The notes beneath the pieces were generated by a model. The model was given only the letters and a program-made list of their open reading frames with translations, was not told where the DNA came from and searched no databases. This document shows, piece by piece, positions 7,524-17,335 of a stretch of 64,000 nt of DNA. Source of the DNA: a virus; the IMG/VR virus record IMGVR_UViG_3300042306_000227, positions 1 to 64,000 of that record, one strand, 5' to 3'. A program made the translations under genes and the position numbers. Within the stretch, counting starts at the first letter, position 1. The number at the start of each line of letters is the position of its first letter.

Positions 7524-7982
7524 ATGGAAGAATATAATTTCAAAAAAGCTTTATTAAAGTCTCAGGAAGCAGTGGTTTTTATGGGGGATTTTTTTAAAAG
7601 CAAAGGATATGAGGTAGATATACCTGAACTAGTTATAGCTCCATATAATGTGGGGGCATTTTCAGAATATGCAGACCAAGGAGATATGTTCTTAAGAAAG
7701 GATGGGGAAGAGATTAAACTAGAAATAAAGAATATAAATACACCATTTACTACAACATGGCCTTATAAGGATGTAATAGTAAACTCATACCCTGGCTATC
7801 AATCAAAAATAGTTAAACCAGATGTGCATATAATACTAAATAAAGATAAGACACACTACATATCAATAAGAAATGAAACATTTGACAAATGGGAGCTTAG
7901 GAGAACCTTTGATAGGGTAAAGCAAAAAGATTTACTATTCTATTACGTAGACAAGAAGTATATTAATTTTTTTAAAATATAA
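7524..7982 (+). CDS. putative PD-(D/E)XK-fold nuclease
   Basis: 'DQGDMF...KLEIKN'; start moved to ATG 7524, downstream of the promoter. Confidence 0.55.
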   Translation: MEEYNFKKALLKSQEAVVFMGDFFKSKGYEVDIPELVIAPYNVGAFSEYADQGDMFLRKDGEEIKLEIKNINTPFTTTWPYKDVIVNSYPGYQSKIVKPDVHIILNKDKTHYISIRNETFDKWELRRTFDRVKQKDLLFYYVDKKYINFFKI

Positions 7983-7984
7983 GT

Positions 7985-8443
7985 ATGAGAAACCATGAAG
8001 CCTACCTAGACTCACCATTTAAGGTGCTAGGTCTAGAAGAACGCCATTTCGTAACAAAAGAAAGTGAGGAGATATTACAACTAACAGATGGGGATGACCT
8101 GTACGCAGTCAGGAGGATACCTAAGAATAAGATGCAGCTACACGACTCAATGACTTACACTAAGTTATTCCAAGACAGCTTTAAGGCATTCATGAACCTT
8201 AGCCCAGCATCTCTAAAGATTGTACTTTACTCTATGTGTCACATAAGGCCATTAGCTAAGGTGACTATACTTAACCCACCTGACTTAATGGAACACTGCG
8301 GAATCAAGTCTGAGTCTACGATAAAAACAGCAATCACAGAGCTGGTAGCTGAGAAGATATTAGCACGTAAGTTAGGTTCTACTATAGAGTTCTGGGTGAA
8401 CCCTAATGTTTATTTTAATGGGAATAGGCTGAGACTATTATAA
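7985..8443 (+). CDS. RepL-like winged-helix DNA-binding / replication protein
   Basis: HTH 'PDLMEHCGIKSESTIKTAITELVAEKILAR' followed by 'FWVNPNVYFNG', typical of RepL-family proteins. Confidence 0.7.
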   Translation: MRNHEAYLDSPFKVLGLEERHFVTKESEEILQLTDGDDLYAVRRIPKNKMQLHDSMTYTKLFQDSFKAFMNLSPASLKIVLYSMCHIRPLAKVTILNPPDLMEHCGIKSESTIKTAITELVAEKILARKLGSTIEFWVNPNVYFNGNRLRLL

Positions 8444-8485
8444 ATTCATTATTTTTGTATAATACAATCATAAATAAGTATTAGC

Positions 8486-8848
8486 ATGGCAGTAAATTTA
8501 AAAAAAATCAAAGAGGCAATAGATTCAAAGAAGTCTGCTGGAATGAGTAAGTCAAAAACTGAGATGGATGAAAAAACTGTTGATGGCAAGAAAACAACTA
8601 GCACACTAACAGAAGCTGTAGAAGATGAAGATTTAGATGCATCTTACTATTCTAAAACAAAAGAAAAGAATGGTGAGCAAAAGGTTAAAACATTTACTAA
8701 GATTGAAACTGAAGATGGGCCAGAGTACTCAATGAAAAAGAACTTCAAGCCATTACTTGGTGTAAAATATAAAGAGGTAGACAAGGAAATATCTCCAAGA
8801 AGAGGTGAGAGAAAGATGGCTGAAATGAAAAAATTTATGAATAAATAG
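8486..8848 (+). CDS. Lys/Glu-rich hypothetical protein
   Basis: 120 aa, preceded by TATTTTTG at 8450-8457. Confidence 0.7.
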   Translation: MAVNLKKIKEAIDSKKSAGMSKSKTEMDEKTVDGKKTTSTLTEAVEDEDLDASYYSKTKEKNGEQKVKTFTKIETEDGPEYSMKKNFKPLLGVKYKEVDKEISPRRGERKMAEMKKFMNK

Positions 8849-8850
8849 AA

Positions 8851-8979
8851 ATGGCAAAGGTAAAAGGAACAACATCTCAGAAAATAACATTTGGTAAACG
8901 AAAAACAGGTTATGCTAAAAAAACTTATAACAAACATTCTCCTAAGCCTAAAGATTATAAAGGCCAAGGAAGAGGTTAA
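8851..8979 (+). CDS. small basic protein (42 aa)
   Basis: Not in the track: MAKVKGTTSQKITFGKRKTGYAKKTYNKHSPKPKDYKGQGRG; the ...YxGQGR ending recurs in phage small basic proteins. Confidence 0.7.
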   Translation: MAKVKGTTSQKITFGKRKTGYAKKTYNKHSPKPKDYKGQGRG

Positions 8980-9127
8980 GATTGAAGAACCAGCTCCTAT
9001 TGAGGAGAAAGGTGAATGGACTGAATTCAAACCAGTAAAGAAGCCTAAAGCTAAAAAGGTAGAAAAGGTTAAGCCTAATATTAAAAAACAAAAGAATGAA
9101 AGTAAACAAGCTAGGAGTAAAAAATAG
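8912..9127 (+). CDS. Lys/Glu/Pro-rich small protein overlapping both neighbours
   Basis: ATG 8912 (MLKKLITNILL...) with a biased K/E/P composition. Confidence 0.5.
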   Translation: MLKKLITNILLSLKIIKAKEEVKIEEPAPIEEKGEWTEFKPVKKPKAKKVEKVKPNIKKQKNESKQARSKK

Positions 9128-9236
9128 TTTAGTTAATAACATTAACGCTAAGAAAAAGGCAGGTACATCTAAGCCTAAATCTAAGTCTACAGTAAGTAAG
9201 GCTGATTATAGTAAGTTGAAAACAGGTAAATGGTAA
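9096..9236 (+). CDS. small basic protein (46 aa)
   Basis: Not in the track: MKVNKLGVKNSLVNNINAKKKAGTSKPKSKSTVSKADYSKLKTGKW. Confidence 0.7.
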   Translation: MKVNKLGVKNSLVNNINAKKKAGTSKPKSKSTVSKADYSKLKTGKW

Positions 9237-9240
9237 TAGC

Positions 9241-9549
9241 ATGATACCAGGCGTAACAAGAGTTAATGGAGGAATCATGTATAGAGGGGAGAGGTTCCCT
9301 GGCTTTAATAAGCCAAAGAATGCGCCTGCTGGTAGCCCAAAGAAAAAGGTGGTACTTGCTAAGAAAGGCAATAAGGTTAAAAAGATTGGATTTGGATACA
9401 GAGGCATGAGTGATTTCACTAAGCACAAGAACGAAAAAAGAAGAAGAAACTACTTAGCTCGTTCTGGTGGTATTAGAAACAAGTCAGGCGCCTTGACAAG
9501 AAATGATATATTCTCCGCCAACTATTGGGCTAGGAGAGTTCTATGGTAG
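9241..9549 (+). CDS. basic protein, DUF5754-like
   Basis: 'IGFGYRGMSDFTKHKNEKRRRNYLARS...SANYWARRVLW'. Confidence 0.7.
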   Translation: MIPGVTRVNGGIMYRGERFPGFNKPKNAPAGSPKKKVVLAKKGNKVKKIGFGYRGMSDFTKHKNEKRRRNYLARSGGIRNKSGALTRNDIFSANYWARRVLW

Positions 9550-9582
9550 ATTTTTCTGGTTTTCATATTGATTTTTGGTTAG

Positions 9583-9611
9583 GCCCCTCCACCGCAAAGG
9601 AGGGGTTTTTT
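9583..9611 (+). terminator. intrinsic terminator
   Basis: GCCCCTCC-N8-GGAGGGGT followed by a T-tract. Confidence 0.8.
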
Positions 9612-9671
9612 AATTGCATTCTTGCAATCCTCTAGTGAAATGAAATGCATGCAATTTTGTAGCTTTGCGCC

Positions 9672-10106
9672 ATGCACCTATTTAAGATTTTTAGTTTCGG
9701 TAAAGTAATTTACAAAGGCCTCTACGACTCCTTGCAGGTGCTAGATAAGACTACGCCTAGCTTTAAAGGATGTGGTAATGAATTCCATGAAAATAGGGAA
9801 TGGTGGGTGTCTGTAAACAATAAAAATGAGATTATTGCATACTGTGGTTCTATATATACAGAAGGCATCTGTATATTCAACAGAGCATGGGTGTCACCTA
9901 AGTTAAGAGGAAGGGGTATGCAAAAGAGAATGATAAGATTAAGACTTAAGAGAGCTAGAGAGATATCTAGAATCGTAATCACATATACTACACCAGATAA
10001 CTACAATAGTGTAAACAATCTAATATCATGTGGGTTTAAGTTATACGGCCCAGAGTATGCATATGGTGGGAGACAAATGTTATACTTCATGCACAACTTA
10101 GGATAA
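9672..10106 (+). CDS. GNAT-family acetyltransferase
   Basis: 'AWVSPKLRGRGMQKRMI' acetyl-CoA motif A; 'NYNSVNNLISCGF' motif B. Confidence 0.85.
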   Translation: MHLFKIFSFGKVIYKGLYDSLQVLDKTTPSFKGCGNEFHENREWWVSVNNKNEIIAYCGSIYTEGICIFNRAWVSPKLRGRGMQKRMIRLRLKRAREISRIVITYTTPDNYNSVNNLISCGFKLYGPEYAYGGRQMLYFMHNLG

Positions 10107-10139
10107 AGTTCGCTAACTTTGCTTTTAAACAAAGGGATA

Positions 10140-10712
10140 ATGAACATACTACACGGCAAGGCATTGGTGTTGGTAGACCCAGAGGCAAAGGCTAAAAAGA
10201 AGATAAGCACACCTTTTGGGGATATTGAATTACACCTAGCTACTGACTTTTCTTGGGATAGTAAAGTCAAAGAGTCTACCAATGGAATTTTATTAGAAAG
10301 CTTTCAGGGCGTACCAAAAGGTACCGAAGTTATTTTTAACCATCGTGCTACTACTCAGGACAATGAGATAGACGATAAAATATTTTTAATAGATGGGCCT
10401 TTCATATACTTCTACATGGACAATGGTGAACCTGTCCCATTTGACAATCACTATCTCATCAAAAGAATCAATAAGCCAAGAATTGAGTCAAAGTTTATGC
10501 ATATACCAGATAACGTGCCCACAGAGGTTTATGACAACATCTTTGAGATTGTCAAGACCCCTAAAGGTTGCGATAAGTTCAAAGCAGGACAAAGAGTAAT
10601 TGCATACAAATACAGCGACTACGCAATACCTTATGCTGTTGATGGAGTACACGGAACGGCAATTAGATTAAAAGAAGAAGACATATTAGCATTATATCAT
10701 GAGCAAATATAA
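10140..10712 (+). CDS. GroES-like co-chaperonin-domain protein
   Basis: 'PFDNHYLIKR...KAGQRVIAYKYS...RLKEEDILA'; possibly two tandem GroES-like halves; promoter TAACTTTG at 10114-10121. Confidence 0.6.
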   Translation: MNILHGKALVLVDPEAKAKKKISTPFGDIELHLATDFSWDSKVKESTNGILLESFQGVPKGTEVIFNHRATTQDNEIDDKIFLIDGPFIYFYMDNGEPVPFDNHYLIKRINKPRIESKFMHIPDNVPTEVYDNIFEIVKTPKGCDKFKAGQRVIAYKYSDYAIPYAVDGVHGTAIRLKEEDILALYHEQI

Positions 10713-11004
10713 TTTAGAAGAAGAGATTAGTCTCTACAGACAAGATGGTATCGTAGGCATGTACTACGCATTAAACAAGAAACTCAATGAGCTTACTAAA
10801 GCTATTGATGGTGCAGACATTAACTTCTCAGATAAAGACGACAAATCTTTTGATAGGTTGATGAAGGCAATGGTTGAGTGTAAATACATTGCTGAGAATA
10901 TGAAATGGCTTCGCACAGAGTTTGCACTTACTGGAGATGAAGCTAAGGATAAGTCACATGCTTCTAGAAAACCATTAATTGAAACACTTACAAGGAATGC
11001 TTAG
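10699..11004 (+). CDS. hypothetical protein (terminase small subunit candidate)
   Basis: Helical 101 aa protein upstream of terL; assignment is by position only. Confidence 0.5.
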   Translation: MSKYNLEEEISLYRQDGIVGMYYALNKKLNELTKAIDGADINFSDKDDKSFDRLMKAMVECKYIAENMKWLRTEFALTGDEAKDKSHASRKPLIETLTRNA

Positions 11005-11578
11005 TCTTATACAACTAACCAGAACTGAATTAATAGAGATTGTAAGAGATTTAAAAAAACAGCTATATGCACTTGAGGCAAAGCGTAAAAGAAATATAGA
11101 TGTATTAGAGAGAAGAGTTGTTAGGAAGAACGATAAGATAAGAAAGCAAAGTGGAATCATATTTATACTAGAGAAAAGACTTTATGGGCAAAAGCTAAAA
11201 ACAAGCAAGGTAAAGACACAAGCTAAGAATGAGGCGTATGAAGAGGCTACAAATAATATTGTAAACAAAGAAAAGTCTCTGATTGATATTAGCAAGTACC
11301 ACATGTCTATACTTGAGTTGTCAGAAGTATTTGGTGAGTCGCCAGCTACAATTGTAGTACTTTTATGGGCAGGGAGATATGAATACTATTCTAAGAAAGA
11401 GTTTAACATCAACTTCCCAGACTCCCCAATAAACTTTGTTAAGTATAATACTACACTGAATAAAAGAGGGTTATGTAATAAGTGGGATAATAAAAGGTAC
11501 TACTATTACATATCAGCATCTGGCAAGGATATGATTGCAAGAATTAACAAGTACATAGAAAAACGAATGAATGGTTGA
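10997..11578 (+). CDS. coiled-coil plus winged-helix protein
   Basis: N-terminal heptads; C-terminal 'LNKRGL...YYYYISASGKDMI'. Confidence 0.55.
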   Translation: MLSLIQLTRTELIEIVRDLKKQLYALEAKRKRNIDVLERRVVRKNDKIRKQSGIIFILEKRLYGQKLKTSKVKTQAKNEAYEEATNNIVNKEKSLIDISKYHMSILELSEVFGESPATIVVLLWAGRYEYYSKKEFNINFPDSPINFVKYNTTLNKRGLCNKWDNKRYYYYISASGKDMIARINKYIEKRMNG

Positions 11579-13595
11579 GACAGTAGAAATATACGGAATC
11601 AAGATTAAGCTACCTGAACGATTTAAAGTTCACAAGCGCTCAGAATACAAACGAGACCAAAAGTTTGAAAGGATTACATTCCCAGATAGCTTTTACTCAA
11701 TTGAATTTGCTGAAGACGGAGTTGCGCTGTATAGCGAAGAGCAAGTGCAATACATTACGGATGAGTACGAAAAGATGAAGCATGGCTATTGGTTTTATAA
11801 CAATGGCGTGCCAACATATATCACAGGCCTCCACTACTTCTATTTAAACTACTGGACACTAGAGGATGGCTCTAGGCCAGATTACAGAGATGCAGATAGA
11901 AGATGGTTTATTTACAGAGAGCATTGTGAATCATTGCCATACTGCTTTGGAGTTATACGTATTAAGAAGCGTCGTGAGGGAGCTACATCACAAGAGGCAT
12001 GTGCGCTTGTTTACAAAGCGATTATGAAGCCTAAGTCTAACTGCGGAATAGTAAGTAAGACAGGTAATCCAGATGCTAGAGATGTGTTCCAGAAAATGGT
12101 TGTGTGGGGATACAAGAACCTACCAGTATTCTTAAAGCCATCTGTGGAAGATGAGACATCTAAAACAAGTTTAGTATTCTCTCCTCCAAAAAGAAAAACA
12201 AAAAGTAATACAAGAACTAAGGGTCAAGTATTTGATGATGACATGGGATTAGAGTCTGTGATTGATTACAGAAGCACTGCACTAAACTCATATGACTCTG
12301 GTCGTGTTACAGCAATACTTATTGACGAGGGTGGTAAGTGGCCAAAGGATGTGCCTATTAACAAGTACTGGCCTATTGTAAGAAAGACCCTAACGAAGGG
12401 TATGATTAAAGTAGGTTTTGCTGTTATACCATCTACTGTGAATGACTCTGATAATGGAGGTAATGAGTTTAAAGAATTATTTGATGGTAGCTATGCTAGC
12501 GAAACAAGCAAGTTTACGGCTACAGGATTGTACCAATACTTCTGCCCAGCATACGATGGGTATGAAGGTTTTATAGATGAGTATGGGATGTCTATTATTG
12601 ATAAGCCCACGAAAGAACAACAGCAATACATTAAAGAAAAGTTTGGTATTGATATAGAGGTTGGAGCAAAGGACTTCTTGATGCAACAAAGAACACTTAT
12701 CAAAGACCCTACTGCCTTATCTGAAGAGGTTAGAATGAACCCATTCTCAGTAGAGGAGGCATTTAAGATTGATGCCAAGAAATGTTATTTTGATAGCGAG
12801 ATGATATACGAGCAGTTGAATATACTTTCAGTAGAGCCTGTCAGAAAAAGAAGAGGTAGATTCTTATGGAAGGATGGGGTAAAAGGTGGAGATGTTGTAT
12901 TCAGCGATGCTACAGATGGGGAATGGAGTGTAATAGAACTACCAGATGTTTCCAACTTATCACAGCACGGAGATAGGGGTAGAGTCCCAGGAAACACACC
13001 TGTCTATGTGATGGGGGTTGACCCATTCAGAAACTCTATCGTAAACTCAAAGTATGGCTCTATGGGTTCAGCATGGATGATGAAAAAATTCAATGCCGCA
13101 GACCCAGAAAACACAGGATTGCCAGTTGCCCATTACTATGGAAGACCAAGATTAAAGACATTGTTTGATGAGGAAATGTTAAAGGCTGCTATCTACTATG
13201 GTTGCAAGATAGTATATGAGATGGATGCCAGTGATGATATTGTAAGAACTGCAATGGAGCTTAAGCTATTAAACTACTTAAGTAAAACTCCAGATTCTGC
13301 TATCAAGCCAGGCAAGGAAGGACAGAAAAATAAAGAGTGGGGAGTTAAGAGTTCTGACCCATACGCAATGGGACAACAGCTTGAATTAGCAATCCAGTAC
13401 ACAAATAGTCACATACACAAATTATATTATGAAGAGCTTTTAGAGGAAATGCTTGTTTACGACCATATGAATCGTACGGAATATGACCGTACAGTTAGTT
13501 TTATGATATCACTCCTTGGGATGATGGGTCATAGGACAAAACAGGAGTCTATGGTTAAAACATTGCCAATTCAAACCTTTAAGCTTAAATTGTAA
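11571..13595 (+). CDS. terL: terminase large subunit
   Basis: KKRREGAT (Walker A), ILIDEGGK (Walker B), PST coupling motif, GVDP nuclease aspartate. Confidence 0.92.
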   Translation: MVETVEIYGIKIKLPERFKVHKRSEYKRDQKFERITFPDSFYSIEFAEDGVALYSEEQVQYITDEYEKMKHGYWFYNNGVPTYITGLHYFYLNYWTLEDGSRPDYRDADRRWFIYREHCESLPYCFGVIRIKKRREGATSQEACALVYKAIMKPKSNCGIVSKTGNPDARDVFQKMVVWGYKNLPVFLKPSVEDETSKTSLVFSPPKRKTKSNTRTKGQVFDDDMGLESVIDYRSTALNSYDSGRVTAILIDEGGKWPKDVPINKYWPIVRKTLTKGMIKVGFAVIPSTVNDSDNGGNEFKELFDGSYASETSKFTATGLYQYFCPAYDGYEGFIDEYGMSIIDKPTKEQQQYIKEKFGIDIEVGAKDFLMQQRTLIKDPTALSEEVRMNPFSVEEAFKIDAKKCYFDSEMIYEQLNILSVEPVRKRRGRFLWKDGVKGGDVVFSDATDGEWSVIELPDVSNLSQHGDRGRVPGNTPVYVMGVDPFRNSIVNSKYGSMGSAWMMKKFNAADPENTGLPVAHYYGRPRLKTLFDEEMLKAAIYYGCKIVYEMDASDDIVRTAMELKLLNYLSKTPDSAIKPGKEGQKNKEWGVKSSDPYAMGQQLELAIQYTNSHIHKLYYEELLEEMLVYDHMNRTEYDRTVSFMISLLGMMGHRTKQESMVKTLPIQTFKLKL

Positions 13596-13620
13596 TATCT
13601 TTGTAAAATAAAGAGTTGTA

Positions 13621-15918
13621 ATGTCTAATAACAGTAATGCATTATTGAATTTCCATTCCGCTTCTCCTGAAAAGAAGAGGACTATGGAATTTGGGTTGAA
13701 AATAGCCCAACATATTGAAAAACATTGGAAAAGTGAGTACTACACTGATAGAAACAAGAGAATTGAAAAAAATATCAAGTTTGCTACAGGAAAACAACCA
13801 ATGCAAGAATACCTATCTCAAATGAGCTTGGATGGTAAGGATGTATATATTAACATAGATACAACACCTCCTCCTATCGCTCCTAAGTTTGTAGAGGTAA
13901 TCATAGGCAGCTTGATGAAAAGAGAGGAGAAGCCTAGAGTATCAGCTGTAGACCCAGTATCATTACAACAGAAGTTTAACGACAAGTCTGACTCTAAGTT
14001 CTTAATGGAGAACATGGATTTTGTAAAGGAATTAGAAGGACAGCTAAATACCAAACTTGTAGATGAGAATCAGTTTATCCCAGAAGATAATGATGACTTA
14101 AATCTTTACTACGAGCTAGAGCATAGAATACCAGAAGAAATATTCTTTGAACAAGGTATTCAGTACGTATGGGACAGCAACTCAACTAATGTAATTAAAA
14201 GAAGAGTAATATTTGATGTAGTTACGGCTGGTTATGCTGGAACTAGAACTATAATGGATGAGCAAGGAAAGATTAAACTTAAGAGATGTATCCCTCAAAA
14301 TCTAATCTACTCATTCTCTGAGTATGATGACTTTAGAGATGCATCATTTATAGGCGAGGTTCAACCAATGAAGATTAGCGAAATTCGTGTACTATACCCA
14401 GATTTAGATGAGGAGAAGCTATTCCAAATATCTCAGAAGGCTAAGAACAGACAATCTATTAGCAGATGGGATGAGAGATGGAGAAGCGCTGAGACTAGAC
14501 CATATGACGAGTTAGCGGTAGACATTTTGATGTTTGAATTAAAGACAATTGATAATTTATTATATCAGGTTAAAAAGACTGCCAACGGCTCTGTAGCTGT
14601 TGACAAAAAGGAAAGAATGCCTGAAAGACTTGGAGAGAATAAAGAAATGATTGACAAATCAATCTTCGTAATCTATCAAGGTGCTTATGTTATTGATAGC
14701 AATATCATGATTGAATGGAAGAAGCAGAAGAACATGATTAAACCTTCTATGCCAGAAAGAATGGCTGAGGCTTATTTCAGTTATTCTCTTTATATGCCAG
14801 ACAACTACGAGTTAAAGAACTTACCAATGATTCAGCGTATGGAAACATCTATACGTCAAATGACATTGACACATCTTAAGATTCAACAATTAGTTGCTAA
14901 GATGAGACCTTCTGGTTTAATGATTGACATCAACAACCTTAGAAATATATCTTTAGGTGAAGGAAAGACAGTTGAGCCATTAGAGTTACAAAAGATTTAC
15001 GACCAGACTGGTAACATGTACTATAGTGGTCAAGATGAAGAGGGTAACAGACAAGGGCCTCCAATACAAGAGCTTACAAATAGCGGTTCTGTAGCTCAGT
15101 TACAAGAGCTTATTAATATATTCAACTACTACTTAAGTAGATTAAGAGAAGAAACTGGTATCAATGAATTAAGAGATGGTGCAGGCGTTAACCCAAGACT
15201 TGGTAACAAACAAATGCAGGCTGGTATAGCAGCGTCTAACAACGCTACTGACTTCATCTATGATTCTTATATCAATATCATTGAAAACACAATGATGAAG
15301 TGTGGTATTTTATTGACTGATGCTGTTAAGTATAAGGTTAAAGAATACTCTAATTTAATTAAGGTTCCTGTTGATAATAGATATTTTGACATCAAGGTTG
15401 AGATGATGCCTGATGATGATTACAGACAATTCTTAGAGCAAATGGTACAATCTGCCTTATCTGGTGGAGCTATTGACTTTGAGACAGCGTTTAATATTAG
15501 AAATATTAAGAATGTTAAGCTAGGAGAACTTTATCTAGCTAGAGCTACTAAGAAGAAGCAAAAAGAATCTCAACAACAGGCTCAGCAAAACGCACAAATG
15601 AATGCTCAGTCACAGCAAGAGTCATTGCAATTAAAGGCACAAGCTGATATGCAATTAGAGCAAATGCAGGGTGAGTATAAAGTAGGGGCTGTAAAGGTTG
15701 AGCAAGAAATGAGAGGTGATAATGATATGCAGACATTTGTTATGGGTATCTTACAGAAATCATTTGAAATGGATAAACCATTGACTCCAGAGCTTCAGAA
15801 TATAGTTAACATGTATTTTCAGAAAGAACAACAAAAACAACTAGCTTTGCAACAGCAGGCTGAACAGCAAGCCCAACAAGAGGCTATGGCTCAACAACAG
15901 GCACAACAACAGGGATAA
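13621..15918 (+). CDS. portal protein
   Basis: 765 aa directly after terL, 'ETGINELRDG', Gln-rich C-terminal coiled tail; promoter TATCTTTG at 13596-13603. Confidence 0.85.
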   Translation: MSNNSNALLNFHSASPEKKRTMEFGLKIAQHIEKHWKSEYYTDRNKRIEKNIKFATGKQPMQEYLSQMSLDGKDVYINIDTTPPPIAPKFVEVIIGSLMKREEKPRVSAVDPVSLQQKFNDKSDSKFLMENMDFVKELEGQLNTKLVDENQFIPEDNDDLNLYYELEHRIPEEIFFEQGIQYVWDSNSTNVIKRRVIFDVVTAGYAGTRTIMDEQGKIKLKRCIPQNLIYSFSEYDDFRDASFIGEVQPMKISEIRVLYPDLDEEKLFQISQKAKNRQSISRWDERWRSAETRPYDELAVDILMFELKTIDNLLYQVKKTANGSVAVDKKERMPERLGENKEMIDKSIFVIYQGAYVIDSNIMIEWKKQKNMIKPSMPERMAEAYFSYSLYMPDNYELKNLPMIQRMETSIRQMTLTHLKIQQLVAKMRPSGLMIDINNLRNISLGEGKTVEPLELQKIYDQTGNMYYSGQDEEGNRQGPPIQELTNSGSVAQLQELINIFNYYLSRLREETGINELRDGAGVNPRLGNKQMQAGIAASNNATDFIYDSYINIIENTMMKCGILLTDAVKYKVKEYSNLIKVPVDNRYFDIKVEMMPDDDYRQFLEQMVQSALSGGAIDFETAFNIRNIKNVKLGELYLARATKKKQKESQQQAQQNAQMNAQSQQESLQLKAQADMQLEQMQGEYKVGAVKVEQEMRGDNDMQTFVMGILQKSFEMDKPLTPELQNIVNMYFQKEQQKQLALQQQAEQQAQQEAMAQQQAQQQG

Positions 15919-15936
15919 ACATAAAAACAAAAAACT

Positions 15937-17085
15937 ATGACTACAAATGAAGTAAATCCATTTGATACTGGTGCATGGAAAGACGATGAGTCTACCACTC
16001 CAGATACTAATGGAGAACAAACTACTACTGACGAAACAAAAGTAGACACACAAGACAAAACCACAGAAGATGGCGAAGCAAAACCAGACACAACCGCAGT
16101 GGATGACACCAAGAAGGATGATGGCGTTAACAACGAAGCAGTTGATAAGACGACTGATGAGGGCGAATCTGGAGATACTTCTACGCAGGCTGAACCTGAA
16201 CTAACATTCAAGAATGAGCTTTCTAAAAGAGTATTTGATGCTATCTTATCTGGCAATTATGCAGATGTTGCTCCTATTATCTACGAGCAGTCTGTGTTAT
16301 CAAACTTAGATAAACTAAGCCCTCAAGATGCCGTTAAGTTACAAATGCAGTATGAGAATCCTGACATGAGTAGCGAAGATATTGAGAAGGAGTTTAAGGA
16401 CAGATATGAGTTTGAAGAAGAAAAGGTAGATACAGAATTCATGACTGAAGAGGAAATTAAAGCCCATCAGAAAAGAGTTGAGAAAGAAAGAAAGTCTTTT
16501 GAAAAAGAGTTAAAGCGTGACGCTAGAGATGCTGTAAGGTTTCTATCTGAAAAAAGAGAAGATATTGATATTCCTAACATCAACGAGTACATTAACTCAA
16601 AAGCTCCACAAGCTCCAGACAATTCTAAAGAAATAGATGAGTACAATGCTTATATGGAGACTGAAAGAAAGAAGTATGAAGACTCTATTGAGCCTTCTTT
16701 AGAAAAAATTACTCCATTTGAGCTAGAGTTTAAGGATGACGAGGTTAACTTTAAAGTAAACTTTGTGCCTAACAAGGAAGACTTGGAAGGAATGAAGGAT
16801 AAGCTAAAAGCATTTACCTTAGAAGACTATTTTGGCCCAGAGTATTATAATCAAGAAAAAGGAGAGTATAACACAGCTAAATTAGCTGAAGATATATACT
16901 GGAGAGAAAACAGGGAGAAGATTGTTAAGTCAATCGTATCTCAGGCAGTAGCTTCGGCTAAAGCAGACATGCTAAAAAAGATTAAAGGCGTAAGCATTGG
17001 TGACGCCCCATCATCTTCATCATCTTCAAATACATCTAGTAGAAGTGAGTTAGATAACTTTGTAGATAAATTATATAGCATGTAA
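15937..17085 (+). CDS. capsid scaffolding-like protein
   Basis: Acidic disordered N-terminus and coiled coils; lies between portal and capsid. Confidence 0.7.
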   Translation: MTTNEVNPFDTGAWKDDESTTPDTNGEQTTTDETKVDTQDKTTEDGEAKPDTTAVDDTKKDDGVNNEAVDKTTDEGESGDTSTQAEPELTFKNELSKRVFDAILSGNYADVAPIIYEQSVLSNLDKLSPQDAVKLQMQYENPDMSSEDIEKEFKDRYEFEEEKVDTEFMTEEEIKAHQKRVEKERKSFEKELKRDARDAVRFLSEKREDIDIPNINEYINSKAPQAPDNSKEIDEYNAYMETERKKYEDSIEPSLEKITPFELEFKDDEVNFKVNFVPNKEDLEGMKDKLKAFTLEDYFGPEYYNQEKGEYNTAKLAEDIYWRENREKIVKSIVSQAVASAKADMLKKIKGVSIGDAPSSSSSSNTSSRSELDNFVDKLYSM

Positions 17086-17116
17086 TCCCCGCTATAGTCT
17101 CAGTATTATAGCCCTG

Positions 17117-17143
17117 ACCCCTACCTAAAAAGTAGGGGTTTTT
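17117..17143 (+). terminator. intrinsic terminator
   Basis: ACCCCTAC-N7-GTAGGGGT-TTTT. Confidence 0.8.
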
Positions 17144-17173
17144 GTTTATTGTAAACAATTAAAAAAATATATA

Positions 17174-17335
17174 TATCTTTGTGTTAGATTTTTTATTTAG
17201 CAGTGCGCTAAGTTCTTATAGGCCAAGTGCGGTCAACAACATCATCACAACATTATTGGTATTTGTGCATTAGCACACCATGAGTTCAATTCTCAGGAAT
17301 GTTCTATTTTTTTAAAACAAAAATGTCAAATAAAA
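17174..17335 (+). promoter_or_regulatory. capsid promoter and structured 5' UTR
   Basis: TATCTTTG at 17174-17181, then ~150 nt containing three GTGC-bearing hairpins. Confidence 0.6.

Noticed and set aside
9612-9656. Fourth palindrome array (ATTGCATTCTTGCAAT, TGCATGCA)
   Set aside because: Only one convincing dyad; too short to call an array, although it may belong to the same class.
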